Numbered from the stretch's first letter, positions 1-9,227 are shown. The stretch: DNA of 64,000 nt from Acidimicrobiales bacterium (GCA_047974625.1 JBKECK010000042.1:3320-67319), one strand, 5' to 3'. The notes: generated by a model from the letters alone, not told the origin. Program-made: numbers and translations.

Positions 1-390
1 GAGCACGGCCCGGATCCGCGGCGCCAGCTCACTGCGGGCGGACCAGCCGGCCACGATTGCCGACAGGGCGAGCTGATCGGCCTCGACGTCGCTGCGGTAC
101 AGGTCGGAGGCCACCGTGACGATGCCGGCCAGCGAATCGACACCGGCCAGCCGGTCGGCGAACCGGCACATCCTGCGCTCGTTGGCCCGCTCCAGGGCGG
201 CCAGGAGGAGCTCGTCGACCGAACCGAAGTGGTAGAACACCAGCGCCTGGTTGAACTCCCCGGTCCGGGCGATGGCCCGGGCGCTGGTTCCCACCAACCC
301 CTCCACCCGCACCGTCTCCAGCGCGGCGTCGATGATCCGGTCCCGGGTCTGGCGCCCGGGACCGGTGCTGCCGGCTCTGTCGTGGCCCAT
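1..390 (-). CDS. TetR/AcrR-family transcriptional regulator (3' end runs off the window edge)
   Basis: Reverse-strand ATG at 390 gives MGHDRAGSTGPGRQTRDRIIDAALETVRVEGLVGTSARAIARTGEFNQALVFYHFGSVDELLLAALERANERR..., a typical TetR N-terminal HTH. It is absent from the ORF track because the stop lies left of position 1. Confidence 0.75.
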   Translation of the reverse strand, partial: MGHDRAGSTGPGRQTRDRIIDAALETVRVEGLVGTSARAIARTGEFNQALVFYHFGSVDELLLAALERANERRMCRFADRLAGVDSLAGIVTVASDLYRSDVEADQLALSAIVAGWSARSELAPRIRAVL

Positions 391-480
391 CACGTCATTG
401 TGGCCCTCCCGACGACGACCACGCGGGACCGCCCGGCGAACGACCCAGGTCCGGCGCGTGGCCGGTTCCCCGATCCCCGC

Positions 481-2319
481 TCAGCGCACCTCGTTCGAAT
501 CGACGAAGGTGTAGCCGAGATCCTCGATACCCCGGATGGTCTCCAGCAGCATCCGGGTCCCCAGGTACGGGTGGTAGAAGAAGCTGGCGAACCCGTCGCG
601 GACCACCAGGTTCGCCTCCGCCGCGGCCACCAGGTCGGCCGGGGTGCGGCCGGGATGGTTGTTCTGCGGTTCGGGGATGATGTTCCCGATGGTCTCCGGC
701 ACCACGAACGAGCCGTACACGTCGGTCACCGGGTACGGGAAGTACTGACCGCCGATCATGCCGTAGTCGATCTCCCCTCCGCTCAGGAAGCCCGGGTAGT
801 ACTGGGACCGTTCGTACCGCCGCCCGAACCGGGCGTCGACGGCCGCGTAGGCGGGCACCGAACCGGCGTAGTGGGGGAACTCGAAGGTGGTGGGCACGTC
901 CAGACCCGCGGCCACGAACTCGGCCTCGGCCATGGCGATGCGTCCTGCCGCCCACTGCTGGGAGTCGCCGGGCACCGGCCCGTCGTAGATGACGTAGTCG
1001 TTCTCGTCGATGTGGGTGGCGTAGAACTCGAAATCGGCCGCGCTCACCCCGTTGTAGGGGTTGTCGACGGTGCCGAACTGGTGGGTGTAGCCGTGCATCA
1101 GCAGGGTGCCGCCCTTGTCCACCATGTACTGGAGCGCATCGACCACCTCGGGCCGGTCGGACAGGCTGTAGGACTCCGGTACCCCGTCGTTGTAGACCCC
1201 GCGCGGGTCCACGTAGCGGGCGTACACGGCGACGGCGAAGGGGACGCCGCGCAGGGAAAGGGCGTCGGCCACGCTGCGGAGGTTCTCCGGGTCGGCGTTG
1301 GGACCGACGTCCTCGATGCGGACCAGGGCCCGGTGCCGTTCGGTGGTGTCGGGGGCGAGCAGGTCGAACAGGAGGTCGGCGAAGATCAGGTACCGGTCCC
1401 GGTAGTCGACGTAGGCGAACGGGAGCTCCCCGATGTAGGTCAGGTTGCCGGACCGTACCGCCCACGGGAACCGGGTGCCGTCGTTCCGTACGGCCAGGGC
1501 CGGAGTCTCCACCCGGGTCGGGTCGAGCCGGTCGTAGGTCATGATCCCGCTCTGGTTCTCGGGCGACCGGCCCAGGTCACGGTCCTTGTAGGCGACGGTG
1601 TCCACCGGCTGGGCGTCGAACCCGGCCCACATCCAGCCGTACTCGGCCTCGAAGTCAGGGGCACGGGAGGTGAGCTGCCAGATGTTGTTGTACATCCACA
1701 GCACCGGAACCGTTCCGGCCAGGGTGTCGGTGAGGAACGCATCCGACAGGGGCTCGTCGTAGGTGGAGCCGACGTAGACGACGGCCCGGTAGCCGGCCAT
1801 CTCGCCCGGCGCGTAGTCGGCCACCGGCTTGGCCACCCACGGCCCGAAGTGGGACACCAGGTTGGCCACCATCTGGGAGTAGAGCTCACCGACCGCCCCC
1901 CATTCCCCGGAGTTGTCGTAGAGCACCAGGGTGGGGGCCAGCGGGTTGGGGGCGTCCTCGGCGGCGAGGGCGTCGGGTGCGGTCTCGTCGAGGCCCCGCA
2001 TGTCGGCCCGGTTCGGCTCGCCCGGGGTGTTCCGGGTCCCGTCGTGGACACCGTCGGCGACTCCGGCGTCCGCGGCCTGGCCCGACTCGGTGGGGCTGGC
2101 CGTCCCCGACTCAGTCGGACCGGCCGTCCCCATGGTGGCGGAAACCACGCTGATGGGCACGGCCGAATCGGCGACGGGACGCATCGGCCCGGCCGGGGCC
2201 AGTCGGAGGCTCTCGGCCGCCGGTCCGAACGGGCCCACGGCCAGTACAGCCAGTACGGCCGCCAGGACGGAGGTCATCGTGGCCATTCGGGAGAGGGTCT
2301 GAACTCCGGTCCGCTTCAT
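481..2319 (-). CDS. secreted DUF2334-type (polysaccharide-deacetylase-fold) protein
   Basis: This is the C-terminal 612 aa of track ORF 481..2871. Start chosen at MKRTGVQTLSRMATMTSVLAAVLAVLAVGP (signal-peptide-like). The body (ALVRIEDVGPNADPENL, GVPFAVAVYARYVDP, LLMHGYTHQF) fits the DUF2334 family as I recall it. The upstream 184 codons are Arg/Pro-rich junk typical of high-GC read-through. Confidence 0.7.
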   Translation of the reverse strand: MKRTGVQTLSRMATMTSVLAAVLAVLAVGPFGPAAESLRLAPAGPMRPVADSAVPISVVSATMGTAGPTESGTASPTESGQAADAGVADGVHDGTRNTPGEPNRADMRGLDETAPDALAAEDAPNPLAPTLVLYDNSGEWGAVGELYSQMVANLVSHFGPWVAKPVADYAPGEMAGYRAVVYVGSTYDEPLSDAFLTDTLAGTVPVLWMYNNIWQLTSRAPDFEAEYGWMWAGFDAQPVDTVAYKDRDLGRSPENQSGIMTYDRLDPTRVETPALAVRNDGTRFPWAVRSGNLTYIGELPFAYVDYRDRYLIFADLLFDLLAPDTTERHRALVRIEDVGPNADPENLRSVADALSLRGVPFAVAVYARYVDPRGVYNDGVPESYSLSDRPEVVDALQYMVDKGGTLLMHGYTHQFGTVDNPYNGVSAADFEFYATHIDENDYVIYDGPVPGDSQQWAAGRIAMAEAEFVAAGLDVPTTFEFPHYAGSVPAYAAVDARFGRRYERSQYYPGFLSGGEIDYGMIGGQYFPYPVTDVYGSFVVPETIGNIIPEPQNNHPGRTPADLVAAAEANLVVRDGFASFFYHPYLGTRMLLETIRGIEDLGYTFVDSNEVR

Positions 2320-2331
2320 GGGGCGCCTTTC

Positions 2332-2400
2332 GCTCGGTGTGGTTGCTCGGTGTGGTTGCTCGGTGTGGTCGGTCGGTCGATGTGGTCGGTCGGTCGGTGG
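2332..2400. repeat. 13-bp tandem repeat (gctcggtgtggtt x3) followed by a ggtc-rich run
   Basis: Read directly: units at 2332-2344, 2345-2357 and 2358-2370, then ggtcggtcgatgtggtcggtcggtcggtgg. It lies between the GH5-like stop (2412) and the DUF2334 start (2319). Confidence 0.85.
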
Positions 2401-2411
2401 GATCGGGCCGG

Positions 2412-3506
2412 TCACGGCCGGTGGCGTGGACGGGCAGTGCCGGTGGCCACCGCGGTCGGGGCCGACCAGTGCCGCCGGCAGGCGGCCATGCGGGGGTCGT
2501 CGCGTCCGCTCAGGGCGGTGAGGGCAAGGGGGTCGTGGGGCCAGCCGGGGGAGGCCGCCGGCTCCCACATCCACATGGCCCAGGACACCCCCGCCCGCTC
2601 CACGCTCTCCAGCACCCGGTCGAGGTAGTCTCCCCCGCCGGGACGCTCCCCGGTCACGCCGAGCTCGAGCACAGCCAGGGGTACCCCCCGAACGGCCGAT
2701 CGGTCGATCGCCGACCGGAGGGCGGCGGTGAACTCCTCGACGGCGGCCCCTGAGCCGCCGGCCCGACCGGTCTCGTTGGTGTACTCGTAGGGCGTGTAGA
2801 GGTGGACCACGTCCACCGTGTTGGACACCGCAGGTGGGGGCAGCAACGGCAGCCAGGCCGGCGTGGCCCAACCGTCCGGTTCCACCAGGATGGGGGTCTC
2901 GGGGTCGACGGCCCGGATGGCCGCGGCCAGGCGCGCCTGGAAGCTGCCCCAGTCGGCCGAGCTGCCCCGGTGGCGGCGATCGAAGGCGTCGGGGTCGTCG
3001 GGCCCCACCACCACCGAGGCGTTCGGTTCAACCATGAGGTCGTAGCCGACGACGGCGGGGTGACCGCCGATGGTGGTGGCCAGGTAGGTCCACATGGCCA
3101 CCCAGGCGTCCTGGGCCACCGGATCGGTCCACACCGTCTCGATCAGGTCCTCGGCCGCGTAGTACCGACCGACGTCGCCGCGCACGAAGGTGATCTCGCT
3201 CCGTCCCGGCCCGGTCCGCAACGCCACCACGGCCCGGAGCCCGACCCGGTCGACCTGGTCCAAGAGGTGGATCAGGTTCGCGGCCACGGCCGGATCCTGC
3301 CGGTAGGGCGGGGACTCGGTGTAGACACCCGGGTGGGACAGGACCACCATGTTCGCCCCGGTGGCGGCCAGGGCCTCCAGATCAGCGGTGGTGTAGCGGG
3401 GCACGACCGCCCCGGTGGCGACCAGGTCGGCGTCGTGGTCGTAGTCGCCGAGACATCGCTGGAACAGGTTGGCTCCGCGCCACCGGCCGGTCCGCCAGCC
3501 GGCCAT
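2412..3506 (-). CDS. glycoside hydrolase family 5-like protein, no signal peptide
   Basis: This is the C-terminal 364 aa of track ORF 2412..3848, from MAGWRTGRW. VVGYDLMVEPN (acid/base Glu context, V-E-P instead of N-E-P) and PLAVLELGV (nucleophile Glu context) resemble GH5/cellulase motifs. The upstream part of the ORF is low-complexity. Confidence 0.6.
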   Translation of the reverse strand: MAGWRTGRWRGANLFQRCLGDYDHDADLVATGAVVPRYTTADLEALAATGANMVVLSHPGVYTESPPYRQDPAVAANLIHLLDQVDRVGLRAVVALRTGPGRSEITFVRGDVGRYYAAEDLIETVWTDPVAQDAWVAMWTYLATTIGGHPAVVGYDLMVEPNASVVVGPDDPDAFDRRHRGSSADWGSFQARLAAAIRAVDPETPILVEPDGWATPAWLPLLPPPAVSNTVDVVHLYTPYEYTNETGRAGGSGAAVEEFTAALRSAIDRSAVRGVPLAVLELGVTGERPGGGDYLDRVLESVERAGVSWAMWMWEPAASPGWPHDPLALTALSGRDDPRMAACRRHWSAPTAVATGTARPRHRP

Positions 3507-3553
3507 CGCGTCGCTCCGCCGTAACGGATCGGGCGGGGACGCCGGGGTGCTGT

Positions 3554-4804
3554 TCACCGGTCGGTGGTGAGGCCGAGGGTGGCCGCCATGGCCTCCACCG
3601 TGCGGACCGCGGCCGTGCCGTCCCCGTAGGGGTTCACCGCGTTGGCCATCCCAGCGTACGCAGCCGGGTCGGACACCAGCCGCTCCACCTCGTCGACGAT
3701 GCGAGCCCGGTCGGTACCCACCAGTCGGGCCACCCCGGCCGCCACCCCTTCGGGGCGTTCGGTGGTGTCGCGCATGACCAGGACGGGTTTGCCGAGGCCG
3801 GGGGCCTCCTCCTGGATGCCGCCGCTGTCGGTGAGCACCAGCCGGCACCGGTCGAGCAGGGCCACCAGTTCGACGTAGTCGACGGGTTCGGTGACCACCA
3901 CATTGTCGAGTCCGGCCACCGGGGGCAGGACCTGCTCCCGGACCAGCGGGTTGCGGTGGATCGGAAACACCAGGGTCAACTCGGGGTGGCGGGTGGCCAC
4001 CTCAGCCAGGGCCCCGCCGATCTGGGCCATCCCGTCGCCCCAGGACTCCCGCCGGTGGGCGGTCACCAGGATCATGGGACGGTCGTCCTCGTCGAGGAAC
4101 CGCAGGGCGTCGGTGCCGAACCCCTTCCGGTTGGCCTGCACCCACTGGAGGGCGTCGATCACCGTATTGCCGGTGCGGACCACGCGGGAAGGGTCGACGC
4201 CCTCGGCCAGGAGGGCGTCCACGGCGCGTTCGGTGGGTGCGAGATGGAGGGTGGCCAGCTGGGAGGTCATCCGCCGATTGATCTCCTCCGGGAACGGGGA
4301 GTACGGGTTGCCGCTCCGGAGGCCGGCCTCGAGGTGGGCCACGGGGATCTGGCGGTAGAAGGCGGCCAGCGCCCCGCACATGGTGGTGCTGGTGTCACCC
4401 TGGACGGCCACCATGTCGGGGTCCAGTTTCTCGAAGGCCTGGTCGAGGCCCTGCACCGCGGCCCCCGTGATCCCAGCCAGGGTCTGGCCCTGCTGCATGA
4501 TGGCCAGATCGACGTCGGGTTCGATCCCGAACAGGGCCAGCACCTGGTCGACCATCTCGCGGTGCTGCCCAGTGAGAACCACCCGGGGCCGGAACCGGGC
4601 ATCGGCGTCGAGGGCCTGCACCAGCGGAGCCATCTTGATCGCTTCGGGCCGGGTGCCGAACACGACCGCGATCTCGGCGGGCGCTTCTGTGGTCGCGGTT
4701 CTCTCAGACGGCACGGTTCTCTCAGACGGCACGGTTCTCTCAGACGGCACGGTTCTCTCGGACGGCACGGTTCTCTCGGACGGCACGGTTCTCTCGGATG
4801 GCAC
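3554..4804 (-). CDS. wecB: UDP-N-acetylglucosamine 2-epimerase (non-hydrolysing)
   Basis: VVFGTRPEAIKMAPLV, LTGQHREM, HLEAGLRSGN.YSPFPEE and GGIQEEAP are hallmark WecB/MnaA motifs. The first 36 codons are encoded by the 18-bp repeat. GTG at 4804 is only the longest start option. Confidence 0.85.
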   Translation of the reverse strand: MPSERTVPSERTVPSERTVPSERTVPSERTVPSERTATTEAPAEIAVVFGTRPEAIKMAPLVQALDADARFRPRVVLTGQHREMVDQVLALFGIEPDVDLAIMQQGQTLAGITGAAVQGLDQAFEKLDPDMVAVQGDTSTTMCGALAAFYRQIPVAHLEAGLRSGNPYSPFPEEINRRMTSQLATLHLAPTERAVDALLAEGVDPSRVVRTGNTVIDALQWVQANRKGFGTDALRFLDEDDRPMILVTAHRRESWGDGMAQIGGALAEVATRHPELTLVFPIHRNPLVREQVLPPVAGLDNVVVTEPVDYVELVALLDRCRLVLTDSGGIQEEAPGLGKPVLVMRDTTERPEGVAAGVARLVGTDRARIVDEVERLVSDPAAYAGMANAVNPYGDGTAAVRTVEAMAATLGLTTDR

Positions 4805-4840
4805 GGGTTCTCTCCAACGGCAGGGTCATCTCCAACGGCA
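4696..4840. repeat. 18-bp tandem repeat array (6 near-perfect and about 2 degenerate units)
   Basis: Unit cggttctctcagacggca at 4696, 4714, 4732, 4750, 4768 and 4786 (a/g variants). Degenerate copies lie at 4804-4840. On the coding strand each unit reads gtg ccg tcc gag aga acc (VPSERT). Confidence 0.95.
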
Positions 4841-4973
4841 CGGTCGGCTCCCACGTCGGGGACGGTCAACCTGGAGATGGTTCGGACAGGCGTTCAAACG
4901 GACAGGGCGTTCAGATGGACAAGAGCTTGGACGGGTCGGCTTGAGACAGGACTTGTTCAAACGGGCTTGTCCG

Positions 4974-5021
4974 GGGAGGTGTCGTTCGCAGGGAGGTGTC
5001 GTTCGCAGGGAGGTGTCGTCG
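4974..5021. repeat. 17-bp tandem repeat (gggaggtgtcgttcgca x2.8)
   Basis: Units at 4974-4990 and 4991-5007, partial from 5008. It sits in the 259-bp gap between the GT2 stop and the wecB start. The neighbouring 4880-4965 also has loose ggacagg/gttcaaacgg reiterations. Confidence 0.9.
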
Positions 5022-5063
5022 GGGGCGCGGGGCGGTGCGAGGTCGGGGCCGGACCGCCCCTGG

Positions 5064-6515
5064 TCAGGCGGCTTCGGCCTGACGGGCCGCGCTCGGCACC
5101 GCCGGTCGGGATTCGAGCCACGGCTCGGGGAGCGTGGCCTCCGCCAGACGATCCGTCTTCGCCCAGGCCCCCTTACCCCGGACGGTGCGGACCAACGCCT
5201 TCCACCCGGCGATGAACCACAGGCCGCAATACACGAGGTAGAGGTGGGCGATGGCGAGGCCGCGGAGGAAGCCCATGGTCGGCTCCCGGCGCCACAGCAC
5301 GAAGGCCACCACCGGGCAGGGGGTGAAGGCGATGGCGTAGGCCATGGCCCCCCAGGGGGAGACCATCCCGGCCAGGCTGCCGCCGGGGTCGACGATCAGC
5401 TGGACCAGCATGGCGATCCAGCCGGTCACCACCGCCACCGACGTGGCCAGCATCAGCGCCGGTCCGGCCAGGTGGTAGGCCAGGTCGAGCTTGACCCGGG
5501 TGGGCAGGTCGGAGCGCATCAGGTCGATGATGTAGCCACGGCACTGAAGGTGGCCCTGGAACCAGCGGGTCCGCTGCCTGATCCACCGGCTGACCGAGGT
5601 CAGGCCCTGCTGGTCGACCCAGGTGGTGGAGCAGTGCCGAATCTCGTGGCCCTCCAGGATGAGGCGCAACCCCACCTCCAGATCCTCGGTGAGGCAGCTC
5701 GACCACGGCTCGGAGCCGATGTCCTGCAGGGCCTCGAGGCGGGTGAACTGGCCGTTGCCGCCCAGGCTGGGACTGGAGAGACGGTTGCGGCCCGTCTGGA
5801 TCACGTCGGTGAACAGGCCGAACTCGACGTCCTGGAACCGGGCTAGCGGATGGTCCGACGCGTTCCGGATCTTCACCCCGATCTGGACCCCAGCCACCTT
5901 CGGGTCGGCCAGGTGGGGACCCACCTGGTCGAGGGCGCCCGGTTCCAGACGACCGTCGGCGTCGATGATGGCCACCACGAGCTCGGCCCGTCCGGCGTTC
6001 CACGGTGAGCGGAGCAGCCACCGGTAGGCGGCGTTGAGGGCGTGGCCCTTCCCCAACTGGGCGTTGGGGGCCCGCCGTCGCAGAACGTAGACGCGGGGGT
6101 CGTCGACGAACTCGGCCAGCACCTCGGCGGTGCCGTCGGACGAGTCGTCGTCGATCACCACCACCCCGACCGCGCCGGCCCACCGCCCCTCATCGAACGC
6201 GAGCAGCGACTGTACGGTGGCGCCAATCACCCGCTCTTCATTCATACAGGGTACGAGAAATACGAACGCCATATTCTCTGACGGTTCCCGAACGGCCGGC
6301 TTGGCCCGCCGTGACAGGAGGAACACGACGAGGCCGTGCGTCATCATCACGGCCCACAGGCTCAGCAGCACCCACGCGGAAATAGCGACGACGGTATCGA
6401 GAAAAGAAATCACAACTCCGACCCCTCCGGGTCGGAGGCCCCAGCCCGCTGAGAGACGTAGATCTTCGCGTAAAGACTGAACAGCCCCAACCCGATGCTC
6501 GCCAACAGAAGCCAC
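5064..6515 (-). CDS. membrane-embedded processive family-2 glycosyltransferase (polysaccharide synthase)
   Basis: VVIDDDSSDGT, IIDADGRL, CLTEDLEVGLRL and QRTRWFQG (QxxRW) are the D,D,D,QxxRW signature of processive GT2 synthases (IcaA/PgaC/NodC/BcsA class). There is one N-terminal and several C-terminal hydrophobic helices. The start is uncertain (6515 or internal). Confidence 0.8.
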   Translation of the reverse strand: MASVGEHRVGAVQSLREDLRLSAGWGLRPGGVGVVISFLDTVVAISAWVLLSLWAVMMTHGLVVFLLSRRAKPAVREPSENMAFVFLVPCMNEERVIGATVQSLLAFDEGRWAGAVGVVVIDDDSSDGTAEVLAEFVDDPRVYVLRRRAPNAQLGKGHALNAAYRWLLRSPWNAGRAELVVAIIDADGRLEPGALDQVGPHLADPKVAGVQIGVKIRNASDHPLARFQDVEFGLFTDVIQTGRNRLSSPSLGGNGQFTRLEALQDIGSEPWSSCLTEDLEVGLRLILEGHEIRHCSTTWVDQQGLTSVSRWIRQRTRWFQGHLQCRGYIIDLMRSDLPTRVKLDLAYHLAGPALMLATSVAVVTGWIAMLVQLIVDPGGSLAGMVSPWGAMAYAIAFTPCPVVAFVLWRREPTMGFLRGLAIAHLYLVYCGLWFIAGWKALVRTVRGKGAWAKTDRLAEATLPEPWLESRPAVPSAARQAEAA

Positions 6516-6956
6516 GAGCCATGACGGAACTGCAGCGACGCCACCTGCTCTTGGACGCGTTCCAACGCCGGCGTGACCGCTGCCACGCCCCCGCCTATCA
6601 CCATTCGCACGATCGAATACCGACCTTCACCTGCCGCGGCAAGACACGGCTACTCCCCTGGGGTCACCCGTCACCTATCCCGCCACTTCACCAACACCGC
6701 CACACCCTTGATGGTCCCAGGCTGGCAGCTCGTCTACGCGGCCCATAGTAGCCACATGTTTGGACACGCGCCCCCAGACAGGGTGAGGAAAACTCACCGT
6801 TATCCGGAGTTCGTTTCCCTGTTATTGACGATTAAATGCGTTGACATACAACGAAGCGAGGCTGCTCAACGGGTCAGGTCGCCGTTCAGACCTGCGGTTA
6901 CATGTGCCACGTCGGGGTGCCACGCCGGACCGGGAGGGTGCGGTTACCGTCCCTCC

Positions 6957-8129
6957 ATGGCAGCACGCACACCGGCCCGGAGATGCCTCTCCCCCCTTGT
7001 CATCCTGCTGACGGTGACCGCGGTCCTCGCCGGCTGTGCCGCGTCCGACGACGACGTCGCCACCGAGACCACCCCGGCGGCGAGTTCCTCGGGTGAGGGT
7101 GGCGAAGGTGAGGCCGGCGAAGGTGAGGCCGGCGAGTCCACCCCGGACGACGCCGAACCGCCGACGCTCGACGCCGTGGTCACCGAGTTCGTGGGGTCCG
7201 CGTCGGGCGGGGCCGACGTCCTGGTGCGGCGTGACGGGGAGGTCACGACTGTGGCCGTGGGCGTCGCCGACGCCGAGGGCAACCCGATCGTCGACGGCCA
7301 GCCGTTCCGGGTGGGCAGCATCACCAAACCGTTCGTGGCCGTCATGGTGCTCCAGCTCGCCGACGAGGGCCGCGTCGACATTGACGCCACCCTCGACACC
7401 TATCTTCCCGACACCCCGGTGGGGGGTGCGATCACCGTCCGCCAGCTCCTTGGGCACCGCAGCGGCCTCCCGAACTACATCGCCCAGCCGGCCGCCCAGG
7501 CCGCGATCCTGTCGGATCCCAGCCATGTGTTCACACCCGAGGAGGTCCTGGCCTGGATCGTCGACGTGCCGAGCGGCCCGGTCGGCGAGTTCGCCTACTC
7601 CAACACGAACTACATCCTGCTCGGGCAGCTGATCGAGGCGATGGACGGCACCCCGGTCGACGCCTCCCTGCGAACCCGGATCACCGACCCGCTCGGCCTC
7701 CACGACACGGTGCTGGCCTCCCCGGACGAGACCCTGCCCGCGGATCTCGCCGGCGGCTGGTCGGCCGGGCTCCTGACCGGGCAGCGGGATGTCCCCTACG
7801 AGGCCGTCGAGACAGCGGCGTGGACGGCCGGGGCCCTGGTCTCCACCACCAACGACCTGCTGGTCTTCCTCGACGCCCTCCTCGGCGCCGAGCTGACGTC
7901 GGAGGAGTCCCTGGCCCAGATGACCGACTTCCAGCCCGCCGGCTATGGCCTCGGCCTCCTGTCGGCCCCCCGACCCGACGGAGAAGCCGTCCTAGGCCAC
8001 AACGGCCAGATCCCCGGGTACGCCGCGGTGATGGCCATCGAACCCGGGTCCGGGGACGGCCTCGTGGCCCTGACCAACAACGACCAGCTGGCCCCTGACG
8101 CCCTCATCGAGCCGATCTTCGGGTCGTGA
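6957..8129 (+). CDS. serine hydrolase / beta-lactamase-family lipoprotein
   Basis: Start at MAARTPARRCLSPLVILLTVTAVLAGCAAS (lipobox LAGC). It has an S-x-x-K motif (FRVGSITKPF) and YSNTNY. A Gly/Glu-rich linker is encoded by a 15-bp duplication. The upstream 128 codons of track ORF 6573.. are non-coding-looking. Confidence 0.8.
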   Translation: MAARTPARRCLSPLVILLTVTAVLAGCAASDDDVATETTPAASSSGEGGEGEAGEGEAGESTPDDAEPPTLDAVVTEFVGSASGGADVLVRRDGEVTTVAVGVADAEGNPIVDGQPFRVGSITKPFVAVMVLQLADEGRVDIDATLDTYLPDTPVGGAITVRQLLGHRSGLPNYIAQPAAQAAILSDPSHVFTPEEVLAWIVDVPSGPVGEFAYSNTNYILLGQLIEAMDGTPVDASLRTRITDPLGLHDTVLASPDETLPADLAGGWSAGLLTGQRDVPYEAVETAAWTAGALVSTTNDLLVFLDALLGAELTSEESLAQMTDFQPAGYGLGLLSAPRPDGEAVLGHNGQIPGYAAVMAIEPGSGDGLVALTNNDQLAPDALIEPIFGS

Positions 8130-8180
8130 CCGGGCCCGGCGACCGGGGGCCCTCGCCCCCACCCCGGTAGCCTCGGTCCC

Positions 8181-9227
8181 GTGCGCGCCGGACATCCGTC
8201 CACTGTCGACCCGATGGTCCCCCGGGCCACCCCTCCCCCAGCGGTGGCGGGGGCTGACCCCATCGGATCCGACCGGCTGGATCAGGCCGAACACCGCCTG
8301 GCCGGGGTGATCGAGACGATCGGCCCCGCTGTGGTCGCCCTCTCGGGCGGGGTCGACTCCGGCCTGCTGATGGTGGCCGCCCGGCGGGTCCTCGGGCCCG
8401 ACCGGGTCCTGGCCGCCACGGCCGAATCGGCCTCGCTGGCCACCGGGGAGCTCGACCTGTGCGCCGGACTGGCCCGCCGCTGGGACGTGCCGTGGACCGC
8501 GGTGGCCACCGCCGAGCTGACCGACGACCGGTACCTCCGCAACGACGGGCAGCGCTGCTTCTGGTGCAAGACCGCACTGATGGACCAGCTCGCCCCCCTG
8601 GCCGCGGCTCGCGGGGCCACCGTCACCCTGGGCGTCAACCTCGACGACCTGGCCGACCACCGGCCCGGCCAGCGGGCAGCCGCCGAACGCGGCGCTCGCT
8701 TCCCCCTCGTCGAGGCCGGGTTCACCAAGCCCCTGATCCGGGCCCTGGCCCAGCGGTGGGGTATCGAGGTGTGGGACCGGCCAGCCATGCCGTGCCTGTC
8801 GAGCCGCCTGCCGTACGGCACCCCGGTGAGCGTGGCCCTGCTGACCCGGGTCGACCGGGCCGAACGGGCGCTCCGCCACCTCGGGTTCGACGACGTCCGG
8901 GTCAGGCACTACGACGACACCGCCCGGATCGAGGTGCCCCGGTCCCGCCTCGGCGACGCCGTCGAGGCAGCCGACGAGCTGGTGGAGGCCGTCACCGCGG
9001 CCGGGTACCGCTACGTCACCCTCGACCTGGCCGGGCTCCGGTCGGGCAACCTGAACCACCCGGAACGGTCGGCCCCGGGACCGGTGGAGCCCGATCCGCC
9101 CCCGGCGGGCCGGACGGCGAACCGTCCCTCCGGCTCGACCTGGACCGGAGCCGGCGGATCGACCTGCCCGAGGCCGTCTACTGCCCGTCGAAATCGGTGG
9201 ACGACTGTGTCACCGCCGTCCGCCTGA
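8181..9227 (+). CDS. larE: LarE, ATP-dependent sacrificial sulfur transferase (PP-loop ATPase)
   Basis: It has the PP-loop [24 protein letters not shown] (Cys loop) and C-terminal [17 protein letters not shown], typical of LarE. The last ~55 codons ([18 protein letters not shown]...) look like read-through overlapping larB. Confidence 0.8.
   Translation: MRAGHPSTVDPMVPRATPPPAVAGADPIGSDRLDQAEHRLAGVIETIGPAVVALSGGVDSGLLMVAARRVLGPDRVLAATAESASLATGELDLCAGLARRWDVPWTAVATAELTDDRYLRNDGQRCFWCKTALMDQLAPLAAARGATVTLGVNLDDLADHRPGQRAAAERGARFPLVEAGFTKPLIRALAQRWGIEVWDRPAMPCLSSRLPYGTPVSVALLTRVDRAERALRHLGFDDVRVRHYDDTARIEVPRSRLGDAVEAADELVEAVTAAGYRYVTLDLAGLRSGNLNHPERSAPGPVEPDPPPAGRTANRPSGSTWTGAGGSTCPRPSTARRNRWTTVSPPSA

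Noticed and set aside
229-2628. 799-aa plus-strand ORF, the longest ORF at the left end
   Set aside because: It runs antisense to the TetR, DUF2334 and GH5-like genes. Its translation is Gly/Arg/Pro/Val-rich with no motifs, the typical shadow ORF of a high-GC genome.
4696-4840. Tandem repeat arrays considered as possible CRISPR arrays (also 11651, 18097, 18895, 44739)
   Set aside because: The units are directly adjacent with no unique spacers. They are only 12-29 bp long, there are only 2-8 copies, and no cas genes occur in the window.
6238-6522. 94-aa minus-strand ORF and other short ORFs overlapping the 5' end of the GT2 gene
   Set aside because: They are alternative frames of the GT2 N-terminal region. 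The GT2 frame encodes the expected first TM helix and leads into the catalytic domain.
8459-9121. Upstream 221 codons of the larB-frame ORF
   Set aside because: They lie entirely inside larE in another frame and translate to Arg/Pro-rich nonsense. They are not a plausible LarB N-terminus, and this is exactly why the larB start problem is reported as a finding.
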